A stretch of DNA of 38,601 bases from Thermodesulfobacteriota bacterium (lineage in GTDB: Bacteria; Desulfobacterota; Desulfobulbia; Desulfobulbales; SURF-16): NCBI GenBank assembly GCA_040755455.1, contig JBFMAY010000039.1, positions 1 through 38,601 of the forward strand. The letters are read 5' to 3'. Position 1 is the stretch's first letter. Every line of letters starts with the position of its first letter. Positions 28,380 to 37,763 of the stretch are shown in pieces. A program made the position numbers and the translations under genes. The notes under the pieces are model-generated. The model did not search any database and had not been told where the DNA came from. It saw nothing but the letters and a program-made list of their open reading frames with translations.

Positions 28380-29277
28380 CGACATCACGGAAACCGTGGG
28401 CCGCACCCCGCTGGTCGGCCTCAGCCGCCTGGCCGGGGACTGTCTGGCCAGGGTCGTGCTTAAACTGGAATCGTTTAATCCTTGCGGCAGCGTCAAGGAC
28501 CGCATCAGCGTCAACATGATCCGCCGGGCTGAAGAACAGGGTCTGATCGGGCCGTATACCACCCTGGTCGAGCCCACCTCCGGCAATACGGGCATCGGCC
28601 TTGCCATGACGGCGGCGGCAAGGGGGTATCGTCTCATTCTCACCATGCCCGAAACCATGAGCGTGGAAAGACGTAAATTATTGGCCCTGCTGGGGGCGGA
28701 AATCGTCCTGACCCCCGGCACGGAAGGCATGAAGGGGGCGATCGCCAGGGCGGCCGAGATTGCCGGAGGGATCCCGGATTCCTTCATGCCCCAGCAGTTT
28801 GACAATCCGGCCAATCCCGAGGCCCACCGCCTGACCACGGCGGAAGAGATCTGGTGCGATACCGGAGGGCAAATAGACATTCTGGTGGCAGGAGTCGGTA
28901 CCGGCGGCACCCTAACCGGCATCAGCGAGGTCATCCGCCAGCGCAAGCCCGAACTGCAGGTGGTGGCGGTGGAGCCGGACGAGTCGCCGGTGCTGTCGGA
29001 AGGAAAGGCCGGCCCCCACAAGATCCAGGGCGTCGGCCCCGGTTTCGTGCCCAAGATCCTCAAGCGGGAATTGATCGATGAGGTGATCCGGGTCAAATCC
29101 GACGAGGCCCTGGATATGGCCCGAAAACTTGCCAGGCAGGAGGGCATTCTGGCGGGCATCTCTTCCGGGGCCGCGGTGTCGGCGGCTTTAACCGTCGCCT
29201 GCCGGCCTGAAAACCAGGGCAAGCTGGTGGTGGTCATTGCGCCCGACACCGGCGAACGCTATCTGTCGGTTTTGTAA
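28366..29277 (+). CDS. cysK: Cysteine synthase A
   Basis: [37 protein letters not shown]. Confidence 0.96.
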   Translation: MKIYNDITETVGRTPLVGLSRLAGDCLARVVLKLESFNPCGSVKDRISVNMIRRAEEQGLIGPYTTLVEPTSGNTGIGLAMTAAARGYRLILTMPETMSVERRKLLALLGAEIVLTPGTEGMKGAIARAAEIAGGIPDSFMPQQFDNPANPEAHRLTTAEEIWCDTGGQIDILVAGVGTGGTLTGISEVIRQRKPELQVVAVEPDESPVLSEGKAGPHKIQGVGPGFVPKILKRELIDEVIRVKSDEALDMARKLARQEGILAGISSGAAVSAALTVACRPENQGKLVVVIAPDTGERYLSVL

Positions 29278-29502
29278 AGGGCGGCCGGCGGCGTCTTGTT
29301 GCCATTATTTTATGGCCGGCGATAAAGTTTTGCTTGCGCACTGATGCAGCCTTTGTTTTATTTGGTAATTGTTCCTTTTGCTGTTTAGGGATAATTACCC
29401 ATCACCCGGTTCATACTGCAAAAAAAATATTCTGTTCCGCTTCCTTTGCCGTGGAGCAGACCGATGCTTTTCTAAAAAATCCATGAAGGAGAATAAAACA
29501 AC

Positions 29503-30711
29503 ATGAAGTTAGGGATTAACGCTCTCGGCCGGATCGGTAAGCTGTCATTATGGCATCATGTCGGCAGAAAATATTTTTCAGAAATTGTCGTCAATACCGG
29601 ACGCCAGATAGGCCAGGGACTGGGGGATCTGGCCGCCTCCATAGAACGGGACAGCACCTACGGCCGTCTGGGCAACTACCTGTATGGCTTTAAGGGTGGC
29701 CGGGTGATTGAAAACGTAAATGAAATTGAAGGCACCATGACCATCAACGGGGTGCCGGTGAAGATTCTGCGGGAATCGAGAAATCCGAAGGATATCAAGT
29801 GGAAGGAAAACGGAGTCAGGCTGGTGGTCGACACCACCGGCGTCTTTAACGATCCCACCGCCGACCCTGATACCCGCTCCGGCGCCCTGCGTGGACACCT
29901 GGCCGCCGGGGCTGAAAAGGCCATTCTCTCCGCGCCCTTCAAGATCAAGCAGCAGGGTTTGAACATGCCGGAGGATGCCGTGACCACGATAATGGGCATC
30001 AATGCGGAGGACTTTATCCCCTCCAAGCATAATCTCGTCTCCGCCGCATCCTGCACCACCACCTGTCTTTCCTATATGATGAAACCGCTGCTCGATCAGC
30101 TCGGCGCGGAAAATTTTCTGAGCGCCTCCATGGTGACGGTGCATGCCGCCACCAGCAGCCAGAAGGTGTTGGACAGTCTGCCGAAAACCGGGGCCACCGA
30201 CCTGCGCAAGAACCGCAGTATCATGAACAATATCATTCTCACCACCACCGGGGCGGCTAAGGCGCTGCGTCTGGTGATCCCGGAAATGAAGGAGATCGGT
30301 TTCATTGCCGAATCCGTCCGCATCCCCACCTCAACCGGTTCGCTGATCGTCCTGGTCGTCAATCTGCAGGATGATCTGGATAATCCGATCAAGCGGGACA
30401 GGATTAACTCCATTTACCGGGAGTTTGCCAAAATAAGCCCGTATCTGCAATATTCCGATGAGCAGAACGTCTCCAGCGATATCATCGGCACACCTTTTGC
30501 CGCCGCCACCATCGAAGGAACCGAGACCCATACCCGGACCGCAACCATCAGGGTTAATCTGAGCAAAATCAAGGGTTGCGCCGCCATGGAGCCGATCATG
30601 ACCGTGCCCATAACCCAGGCGGTCATTTATGGCTGGTATGATAATGAGCTGGGCAGCTATACCAATATGCTGGCTGACCGGACGGTTTCCATCGCCGACC
30701 AGATGGTGTGA
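29503..30711 (+). CDS. gap: Glyceraldehyde-3-phosphate dehydrogenase (divergent, long form)
   Basis: GINALGRIG, DSTYG, ASCTTTCL, TTTGAAKA, WYDNE; upstream of pgk-tpiA. Confidence 0.9.
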   Translation: MKLGINALGRIGKLSLWHHVGRKYFSEIVVNTGRQIGQGLGDLAASIERDSTYGRLGNYLYGFKGGRVIENVNEIEGTMTINGVPVKILRESRNPKDIKWKENGVRLVVDTTGVFNDPTADPDTRSGALRGHLAAGAEKAILSAPFKIKQQGLNMPEDAVTTIMGINAEDFIPSKHNLVSAASCTTTCLSYMMKPLLDQLGAENFLSASMVTVHAATSSQKVLDSLPKTGATDLRKNRSIMNNIILTTTGAAKALRLVIPEMKEIGFIAESVRIPTSTGSLIVLVVNLQDDLDNPIKRDRINSIYREFAKISPYLQYSDEQNVSSDIIGTPFAAATIEGTETHTRTATIRVNLSKIKGCAAMEPIMTVPITQAVIYGWYDNELGSYTNMLADRTVSIADQMV

Positions 30712-31175
30712 TGTGCGCATTGACGATCAGGGCCATGACCGAGGCCGATCTGGTTGATCTGGTCCTGGCCGAGCAGGAAAAGCCGGCCTGGACCGTCGCC
30801 CAGTTTGAAGAAGAACTTTACCATCCCTGCGCCTGGCAGTTTGTTGCCTGCCATGGGGAGGCCAGCCGGTTTGCCGGGTACATCTGCTGCCGCACAGTGG
30901 CCGGCGAGGGAGAGATCCTGAAATTTGCCGTAACCGAGCCTTTCCGCGGGCAGGGGATCGGCACCACGCTGCTGCAGGCCGCTCTGCAGCGCATGGTCGC
31001 GGAGGGCGCAGGCCGCTGTTACCTGGAGGTGCGGGACTCCAACAGCATTGCCAGGAGTCTTTATGAAAAATTCGGTTTCCGCCAGATCGGTTATCGCCGG
31101 GATTATTATTCCTCCCCCAGGGAAGCGGCCATAGTCTACAAGCTGCGCCTAGCAAAGGGCGGCAACGGGAAGTGA
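30711..31175 (+). CDS. rimI: RimI-like GNAT acetyltransferase
   Basis: FRGQGIG, LEVRDSN..ARSLYEKFGF..RRDYY. Confidence 0.85.
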   Translation: MCALTIRAMTEADLVDLVLAEQEKPAWTVAQFEEELYHPCAWQFVACHGEASRFAGYICCRTVAGEGEILKFAVTEPFRGQGIGTTLLQAALQRMVAEGAGRCYLEVRDSNSIARSLYEKFGFRQIGYRRDYYSSPREAAIVYKLRLAKGGNGK

Positions 31176-31276
31176 TTTGTTTTTCTTCCCGGTATCCTTT
31201 GCATTGACTTCAGCCGCTATGACGGGTAACACTGTGATATGATTGTTTCCCATCCATAATAAGCTAATGATAGAAG

Positions 31277-32473
31277 GTGCCACTCGTGAAAAATATTCGG
31301 GATATTGACATCAGAGATAAAAAAGTACTGATCAGGGTTGATTTTAATGTGCCGCTCGATGAGAACAGGCAGATTACCGATGATACGCGGATCCGCGAGG
31401 CGTTGCCGACCATTGCCTATGCCTTGTCGCAGCAAGCCAGGGTGATAATCTGTTCGCACCTGGGGCGGCCCAAGGGCAAACGGCTGGAAGAGTTCAGTCT
31501 GGCGCCGGCGGCCCAGCGCCTGTCGCAGCTCATTGAAAGGCCGGTGAGGCTGGTTCCTGACTGTGTTGGTGAAGGGGTGGCGGAAATGGTGGCGGCCATG
31601 CGGCCCGGCGATGTGCTGATGCTGGAGAATTTACGCTATCACGCCGAAGAGCAGAAAAATGACGAGGGCTTTTCCCGCAATCTTGCCGCGCTTGCCGATG
31701 TGTATATCAACGACGCCTTTGCCGTTTCCCACCGGGCCGATGCTTCGGTGGTGGGCGTAACCAAGTTTTGCGGGCAATGCGCCGCCGGTTTTCTCCTGCA
31801 GAAGGAGATGGATTTTTTTCACCGCTCGGTAAGTGATCCGGTGCGTCCGCTGGTGGCCATCATCGGCGGGGCCAAGGTGTCCGGCAAGCTGACGGCGCTG
31901 ATTAATCTCATGGGCAAGGTGGATGCCATGATCATCGGCGGCGCCATGGCCAATACCTTTCTGAAAAGCCAGGGCTATGAGATAGGTAAATCCCTGGTTG
32001 AGGACGATCTGCTGGAAACCGCGGCAAATCTCATCCGTGACGCCAGGGAAAAAGGGGTCAAGCTCTATCTGCCGGTTGACTGCGTGGTGGCCGAGCAGTT
32101 TACCGCCGCGGCCCAGACGAAAGTCGTGCCCATCCAGGACGTTCCGGCGGAGTGGATGGTGCTTGATATCGGACCGGCCACCACCACCCTGTTCGGGGAG
32201 GCCCTTGCCCCGGCCAGGACCATATTGTGGAACGGTCCCATGGGCGCCTTTGAGATGGATGCCTATGCCAGGGGAACCATGGCCCTGGTGCAGAAAGTGG
32301 CCACCTCCCATGCCCTGAGCATTGTCGGCGGCGGCGATACCAACGCCGCGGTGCATAAAGCAGGCTGGGCGGATGATGTCTCGTACATGTCCACCGGCGG
32401 GGGGGCGTTTCTCATGCTGATGGAAGGAAAGGAACTGCCGGGAGTTGCCGCTCTCGATGCAAAGGATGCCTGA
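31277..32473 (+). CDS. pgk: Phosphoglycerate kinase
   Basis: RVDFNVP, SHLGRP, GGAKVS, WNGPMG, STGGGA. Confidence 0.98.
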   Translation: MPLVKNIRDIDIRDKKVLIRVDFNVPLDENRQITDDTRIREALPTIAYALSQQARVIICSHLGRPKGKRLEEFSLAPAAQRLSQLIERPVRLVPDCVGEGVAEMVAAMRPGDVLMLENLRYHAEEQKNDEGFSRNLAALADVYINDAFAVSHRADASVVGVTKFCGQCAAGFLLQKEMDFFHRSVSDPVRPLVAIIGGAKVSGKLTALINLMGKVDAMIIGGAMANTFLKSQGYEIGKSLVEDDLLETAANLIRDAREKGVKLYLPVDCVVAEQFTAAAQTKVVPIQDVPAEWMVLDIGPATTTLFGEALAPARTILWNGPMGAFEMDAYARGTMALVQKVATSHALSIVGGGDTNAAVHKAGWADDVSYMSTGGGAFLMLMEGKELPGVAALDAKDA

Positions 32474-32482
32474 GGGGGAATC

Positions 32483-33244
32483 ATGGAGCGCAGACCGTTA
32501 CTTGCTGGAAACTGGAAGATGCATACCACCGTGGCCGAGGCGGAGGCGCTGGCCGGGGCGATCGCGCAAACCGCGATTCCCGCTGACCGGGATGTCATGC
32601 TGGCCCCGCCTTTTACCGCTTTGGCCGCTGTGGCTGGGGTGCTTGCCGGCTCACCGGTGCTGCTTGGCGCCCAGAATGTGTGCTGGGAGGAAAAGGGGGC
32701 CTTTACCGGGGAAATATCGCCCGCCATGCTGCAGGATGTCGGTTGCCAGTTGGTGATTATAGGCCATTCGGAGCGGCGCCATATTTTTGGTGAGACGGAT
32801 GAGATGATCAACAAAAGGGTGGCCGGGGCGGTCTGCTGCGGCCTGGTTCCGGTGCTCTGTATCGGAGAAACCCTGGACGAGCGGGAGTCCGGGCAGACAT
32901 TTGCGGTCCTTGAACGACAACTGCGCAACGGCCTGCGGGACATCAAACCCGCCGGCGGCGAACGGCTGGTGATCGCCTATGAGCCGGTCTGGGCCATCGG
33001 CACGGGCAAAACCGCCACCGTTGCCCAGGCCCAGGAAGCTCATCATTTTGTGAGGAATCTCCTGGCCGGGATGTATGAGAAAAATATTGCCACCCAAATG
33101 AGAATATTGTATGGTGGCTCCGTTAATCCTGATAACGTTGATGCACTGATGGCCCAGGATGATGTTGATGGTGCCTTGGTGGGCGGTGCTGCGTTAAAAG
33201 CCGAATCATTCTGCCGTATCATAAATTTTAAAAAATCAGCCTGA
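32483..33244 (+). CDS. tpiA: Triosephosphate isomerase
   Basis: AGNWKM, GHSERR, AYEPVWAIGTG, YGGSV. Confidence 0.98.
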   Translation: MERRPLLAGNWKMHTTVAEAEALAGAIAQTAIPADRDVMLAPPFTALAAVAGVLAGSPVLLGAQNVCWEEKGAFTGEISPAMLQDVGCQLVIIGHSERRHIFGETDEMINKRVAGAVCCGLVPVLCIGETLDERESGQTFAVLERQLRNGLRDIKPAGGERLVIAYEPVWAIGTGKTATVAQAQEAHHFVRNLLAGMYEKNIATQMRILYGGSVNPDNVDALMAQDDVDGALVGGAALKAESFCRIINFKKSA

Positions 33245-33308
33245 GCCGGGTATGCATGATGTGAAGCTGTTTGCTTTTGCTAAACAGCTGATTTTTTTAT
33301 AGTGAATA

Positions 33309-33821
33309 ATGACAACTCTTCTGACGATTGTACATATTGCTGTCTGTTTTTTCCTCGTGGTTATCGTGCTGCTGCAGCAGGGCAAAGGCGCGAGCATGGG
33401 CGCCACCTTCGGTGGTTCAAGCCAGACAGTGTTCGGCTCCGAGGGGCCGCTGCCGTTGCTCAACAAGGTGACCACCATGGCCGCGATCACCTTTATGGTG
33501 ACATCAATCGCCTTGGCCTATATCTCATCGCATAAGAGCACAAGTTCTGTGATGAAGGATCTTGACGGGCAAAAAGTACAGGAAAATGCAATTGAACGAT
33601 CCGCTGAACCGCTGCCCCAGTCCGCCACTCCGGACATGCCGCTGACCCCTGCCGAAACCCCCGCTCCCCAGGCTGCACCGGTTGCGGCCGAGCAGAGCGG
33701 CGCGGCGCAGGATGCGGTCAATAAGCCAGCAGAGGCCCCTGCTCCCCAGGAAGCCGGGCAGGTACAGGAAAAAGCGGCAACTCCCGCGGACGCAGGGAAA
33801 GCAGAGAGTAAAGAAAAATAA
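33309..33821 (+). CDS. secG: Preprotein translocase SecG with Pro/Ala-rich C-terminal tail
   Basis: VLLQQGKGASMGATFGG..LNKVT; canonical tpiA-secG-tRNA-Leu order. Confidence 0.93.
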   Translation: MTTLLTIVHIAVCFFLVVIVLLQQGKGASMGATFGGSSQTVFGSEGPLPLLNKVTTMAAITFMVTSIALAYISSHKSTSSVMKDLDGQKVQENAIERSAEPLPQSATPDMPLTPAETPAPQAAPVAAEQSGAAQDAVNKPAEAPAPQEAGQVQEKAATPADAGKAESKEK

Positions 33822-33832
33822 CCTCAGATTTT

Positions 33833-33918
33833 GCCGAAGTGGTGGAATTGGTAGACACGCTATCTTGAGGGGGTAGTAACCTACGGTTGTGCGAGTTCGA
33901 GTCTCGCCTTCGGCACCA
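33833..33918 (+). tRNA. tRNA-Leu(GAG)
   Basis: GCCGAAGTGGTGGAATTGGTAGACAC..CTTGAGGG..long variable arm..GTTCGAGTC..TTCGGCACCA. Confidence 0.97.
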
Positions 33919-33926
33919 TTGATAAT

Positions 33927-33964
33927 AAGGGCCAAATCCTTTGGAAACAAAGGGTTTGGCCCTT
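33927..33964 (+). terminator. Hairpin after tRNA-Leu
   Basis: AAGGGCCAAATCCTTTG-GAAA-CAAAGGGTTTGGCCCTT followed by a T-rich sequence. Confidence 0.7.
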
Positions 33965-34030
33965 CTTGCTTTTAGGGGGAAAAATAGCTATAGTTGTCAG
34001 TGATGAGCACAAAATCGCAGCAAATAGCAA

Positions 34031-34058
34031 AAAAGTGCGCCCAAAAGTGCGCCCAAAA
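34031..34058. repeat. Tandem 12-bp direct repeat, probable integrase arm-type binding sites
   Basis: AAAAGTGCGCCC x2 plus AAAA, between the tRNA and the integrase. Confidence 0.65.
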
Positions 34059-34098
34059 CGCATGGGAAGGCACACTATTTTTTTAGGAGTGCGCGACT

Positions 34099-35148
34099 AT
34101 GGCAACGGTAAAAGCAAGGAAAAGAAATAAAGGTACGGTTTACCGTGCAGAGGTTCGGGTCAAGGGATACCCCAGGTTATCCCAGACCTTTGACCGGCAA
34201 TCTGAGGCGATGCGCTGGGCCGAGGACACGGAAAAGGCCCTGCGAAGTGGGGGTTATGTCGGCAACGCTCCCCAGAATGACATGCTTTTTGACGATGCCT
34301 TGAATAAGTATCTGGCTGAGACATCGAGCAAGAAAGCTGGATCGACTCACCGCCGCGAGCTGTATCAATCCAGATCCCTGCACTATTTTTCCGGCCGCAC
34401 CTTAAAAGAGATCACCCCAGCCCTGGCGGCGCAATTTCGGGAAAAGCGTTCCGCCGAGGTGCAACCGGCAACGGTCATCAAGGACCTCAACCTGCTCTCC
34501 CATATTTATACCACGGCGATCCGCGAATGGGGGGTCGAAACGACGAATCCGGTGTCCATCATCAGAAAACCCAAGACCCCTCCCGGGCGCCTGCGTTTTT
34601 TGACCAGCGCCGAGATTGTCAAGCTGCTGGAGGAAAGCAGGAAGGGGCACCGGCCGAGCCTTTACAATTTCATCCTGCTGCAGCTCCATACGGGCATGCG
34701 CCCGAGCGAGGGAGCCGCTCTGACCTGGAGCCAAATTGACTTTGACGGGAGAATCATCGACCTGCAGGAGACCAAAACCGATCCGCGCCGGGTGCCTCTG
34801 ACTGTGCCGGCTATCGAAACCCTGGCCGACCTTGTCCCATCGGGTGGTATTGACTGCAACGATTATGTGTTCCTGCCCAAAGACCCGAAGATGACCCACC
34901 GGTTCCGACCCAACCAATATTTCCGGGAAAGTTTTGTGGCGGCGGTCAAAAGGGCCAACATAGACGACTTCCACATGCATGACCTGCGACACACCGCCGC
35001 CAGTTATATGATCATGAACGGTGTTGACCTGCGGACAGTGGCGGACATTCTGGGACACAAGACCATTTCCATGACCATGCGCTATACCCATCTGCTCGAC
35101 GACCACAAACTGAAGGCTGTTGACCGTATCTCGTCCCTTGGAATGTAG
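34099..35148 (+). CDS. Tyrosine recombinase / phage-type integrase
   Basis: HTGMRPSE (R), ETKT (K), HDLRH, LGH, MTMRY; AGGAG RBS. Confidence 0.96.
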   Translation: MATVKARKRNKGTVYRAEVRVKGYPRLSQTFDRQSEAMRWAEDTEKALRSGGYVGNAPQNDMLFDDALNKYLAETSSKKAGSTHRRELYQSRSLHYFSGRTLKEITPALAAQFREKRSAEVQPATVIKDLNLLSHIYTTAIREWGVETTNPVSIIRKPKTPPGRLRFLTSAEIVKLLEESRKGHRPSLYNFILLQLHTGMRPSEGAALTWSQIDFDGRIIDLQETKTDPRRVPLTVPAIETLADLVPSGGIDCNDYVFLPKDPKMTHRFRPNQYFRESFVAAVKRANIDDFHMHDLRHTAASYMIMNGVDLRTVADILGHKTISMTMRYTHLLDDHKLKAVDRISSLGM

Positions 35149-35151
35149 GAC

Positions 35152-35424
35152 TTATTTCGCCGCGTCGGCCAACTTGCTGCCGGCCTTGAACTTGACCACC
35201 TTCCTGGCGGCAATCTTGATTTTCTTGCCGGTCTGCGGATTGCGTCCTTCGCGGGCGGCCCGTTCGGTAACTGAGAATGTGCCGAAGCCGATCAGGGTCA
35301 CTTTGTCGCCTGCCGCCACGGCATCAGTGATTGCCGCGAGTACGCTGTCCAAAGCCTTCTCGGCGGCTGCTTTGCTTACATCACAACCCTTGGCCACTTT
35401 TTCGACCAGTTCACCTTTGTTCAT
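35152..35424 (-). CDS. hup: HU family DNA-binding protein
   Basis: [42 protein letters not shown]. Confidence 0.95.
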   Translation of the reverse strand: MNKGELVEKVAKGCDVSKAAAEKALDSVLAAITDAVAAGDKVTLIGFGTFSVTERAAREGRNPQTGKKIKIAARKVVKFKAGSKLADAAK

Positions 35425-35511
35425 GCGCCCTCCTGTTTTAATTCGCGAGATGTTTTCATCTGAAAAACCGTACCATTGCTCAGATAGCAAAACCATCCCG
35501 CTCTTGCAAGA

Positions 35512-35874
35512 TTATTCTGCATCAGCGCCTTGGCCCGTTTTCATGAATTCACTGATTTCGCGGGGCGTGTAATAACGAAACCGTATCCGCTTGCTGAGTT
35601 TGGCCGTGTAATCGGAAAAGGCCATGACAATTTCCCGGCCCTCCGTCATCAGCTCTTCGCCCTCCTCGTGCGAGATGCCGTCCATCTCGCCGAGTCTGGC
35701 CTTGAAATGGGCATAGGCCATGTCGAACTGGCGCAGGATGTTGAAGAGCGTCGAGCCCAGCGGCGAATTGATCTTCAGAACCCGGGAGCCCCGTTCCTTG
35801 ACCATGTTGATTTTCTTTTCCTGGATCTCCTGCCAGGTTGGTTTTCCCTGTTTGCTGTCGCTTTCGTCGGCCAT
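35512..35874 (-). CDS. Hypothetical helical protein of the island
   Basis: 120-aa ORF with GGGGG RBS and coding-like codon usage; no confident family. Confidence 0.75.
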   Translation of the reverse strand: MADESDSKQGKPTWQEIQEKKINMVKERGSRVLKINSPLGSTLFNILRQFDMAYAHFKARLGEMDGISHEEGEELMTEGREIVMAFSDYTAKLSKRIRFRYYTPREISEFMKTGQGADAE

Positions 35875-35890
35875 TTTTTAATCCCCCTTT

Positions 35891-36613
35891 TTATCGTGCT
35901 GAAATAATTTTCGCATTCCTCCTGATCCTATGCCGATGCCACAGGTCCAGCAGATAAACCGATCCATACGGAAAGATCGCCGCAACCACCATGAGCATGG
36001 CGCTCTCGGCGGCCACCGGCAGTAGATGCGGCTTGATCTCGAAGAACCCGTAATATATTTTCTCCGCCCTGGACCCACAATGAGAAGCCACCTTCCAGAT
36101 ATTTTCCGGCGTGCTGACCCGAAACAGGATGAGATACACCACATAAACCAGGAAGGCCTTGAGCAGCAGGGACATGGCGCGGCCCGTGAGCAGCGAGTTG
36201 ATGCCCTTGCGGGTGATGTTGCCGACATAGTAGCGGCTGATGTAACTGCACATCACGGTGTTGATGATCAGGGCGAGATAGGGGATGCCGCCGAACAGGA
36301 TATGGCTCATGGTATCGAGTCGCTTGAAAACAAAGGGAAAGAGATAGAAATGGAAAACCGGAAAGAGCAGCACCAGGGCCAGCCCCTCGTGAAAGCCGCT
36401 TTTGATGCCGATCTTGAAAAAATCCAGAGTCCGTTCCAGGGTGAGAAATTCAGCAGGGATATTCTGGCCCTTGCTCTCGATCACATAAAATTGCTGGATC
36501 TCTGAGATGGCGCTAAGCAGGTCCTTTGGTTTATAGATCCTGCCGTTATCGGTGGTGATGATCTGGGCGTTGGTATCGTTTGTTCCCTTGCCGCTGTCCC
36601 GTCCCCGTGCCAT
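35891..36613 (-). CDS. Hypothetical multi-pass membrane protein of the island
   Basis: 240 aa, about 4 hydrophobic segments, operonic with the two downstream genes. Confidence 0.75.
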   Translation of the reverse strand: MARGRDSGKGTNDTNAQIITTDNGRIYKPKDLLSAISEIQQFYVIESKGQNIPAEFLTLERTLDFFKIGIKSGFHEGLALVLLFPVFHFYLFPFVFKRLDTMSHILFGGIPYLALIINTVMCSYISRYYVGNITRKGINSLLTGRAMSLLLKAFLVYVVYLILFRVSTPENIWKVASHCGSRAEKIYYGFFEIKPHLLPVAAESAMLMVVAAIFPYGSVYLLDLWHRHRIRRNAKIISAR

Positions 36614-36717
36614 TTATGTCTTATGTCATATTAGAAAATGATTCATAAACAACCTAATAGCTCTTTCCGGCGGGGATGACGTTTCAAAGGAGAAACAAAC
36701 CCTTGAGGCGTATTGAG

Positions 36718-36813
36718 CAGGCTGTTGAAAAAATCGACATATTTCGAGCATATTCCAGTATTGTATGTTATAAAATAACCTATTGAATTAACAGCAAAAG
36801 AGGTTATCATTGC
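36718..36813 (+). mobile_element. Left-end remnant of an IS5/IS1182-like element
   Basis: CAGGCTGTTGAAAAA end motif, AT-rich promoter-like stretch, then GAGG RBS and a damaged MRG-type start. Confidence 0.5.
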
Positions 36814-37593
36814 GAGGAAAACCAGCGCGGCGCTCCCGAGCGCAGCGGGATGTTCACCACCGGCATCGTCGTCTGCGCGGGCGCGCGCAAAATTGCCCTC
36901 TTTTTTACCGGCCGCCGGCATGTCGGCGAGAATCTCAACGATGTGCTCGCGCAGCGAGTCGCGGAGCTTGCCACGCCGCTGCAGATGTGCGACGGGCTTG
37001 ACCGCAACGTCCCGGAGGATTTCAAGGTGATTCTCGCCAATTGTCTGATCCATGCCCGGCGTAATTTTGTGGACCTCCTGGTGAGTTTTCCCGATGAATG
37101 CAGCCATGTCATTCGAGACCCTGGCCGAGGTTTACAAACATGAGAAAATCGCCAGGCAGAAACGAATGTCGGACGATAGCGGCCTGCTCTATCACCAGGC
37201 CGAGAGCTGTCCGCTCATGGAGGAACTGCATGTCTGGCTGCAAACCCAGTTCGATGAAAAGAAGGTGGAGCCCAATTCGAGCCTGGGTCAGGCCATCAAG
37301 TACATGCTCAAACGCTGGCATAAGCTGACCCGTTTCCTGCAGGTCCCCGGCGCCCCGCTTGATAACAATATTTGCGAAAGGGCGCTGCAAAATCATGCGC
37401 CGCTGGTGCAGGCCTCGCCCAGGGACTGGCTGCCCTGGAATTATGCGGACAGCCTGCCAGCACATCCAAGCAATTCCCCGTCATAAAATAAGGGGTGCCG
37501 AGCCGGCACCCTGCTCCCTCTCCCCCTGCTCACCGCCTGGGGGGGGGGGTAACTCACTTTTTTCAAAGCCTCACAGGCTTGCCGGAAGTACAC
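36814..37593 (+). pseudogene. IS66-family transposase remnant with right end
   Basis: MFTTGIV, FTGRRHVGENL, CLIHARRNF, frameshift near 37113, VEPNSSLGQAIKY, LDNNICERAL, WLPWNY; end GCCGGAAGTACAC at 37593. Confidence 0.85.
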
Positions 37594-37763
37594 CAAAGAA
37601 TTGGCTCGGCAGATGACGGAGCCCAAGAGGTCCAGGCGCCAATGTTGCGTTTTTGATACATATCAGAGTACAATAGTAAATATGCCTTTGGCTAAATAGT
37701 AAAAAGGAAGATATCGCAGCTTCCTCCAAGAGGCTCAATAGAATAATGATATTGATAAACAAT

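Noticed and set aside
18248..33097. Many long antisense or overlapping ORFs (e.g. 18248-19165, 24123-24803, 28374-29249, 31631-32356)
   Set aside because: Shadows of GC-rich, well-identified genes on the opposite strand, with no motifs of their own.
34099..35148. Integron integrase responsible for the attC at 10.5 kb
   Set aside because: No IntI-specific insertion is evident, it has an N-terminal arm-binding-like region, and it sits at a tRNA 24 kb away, so it is an island integrase.
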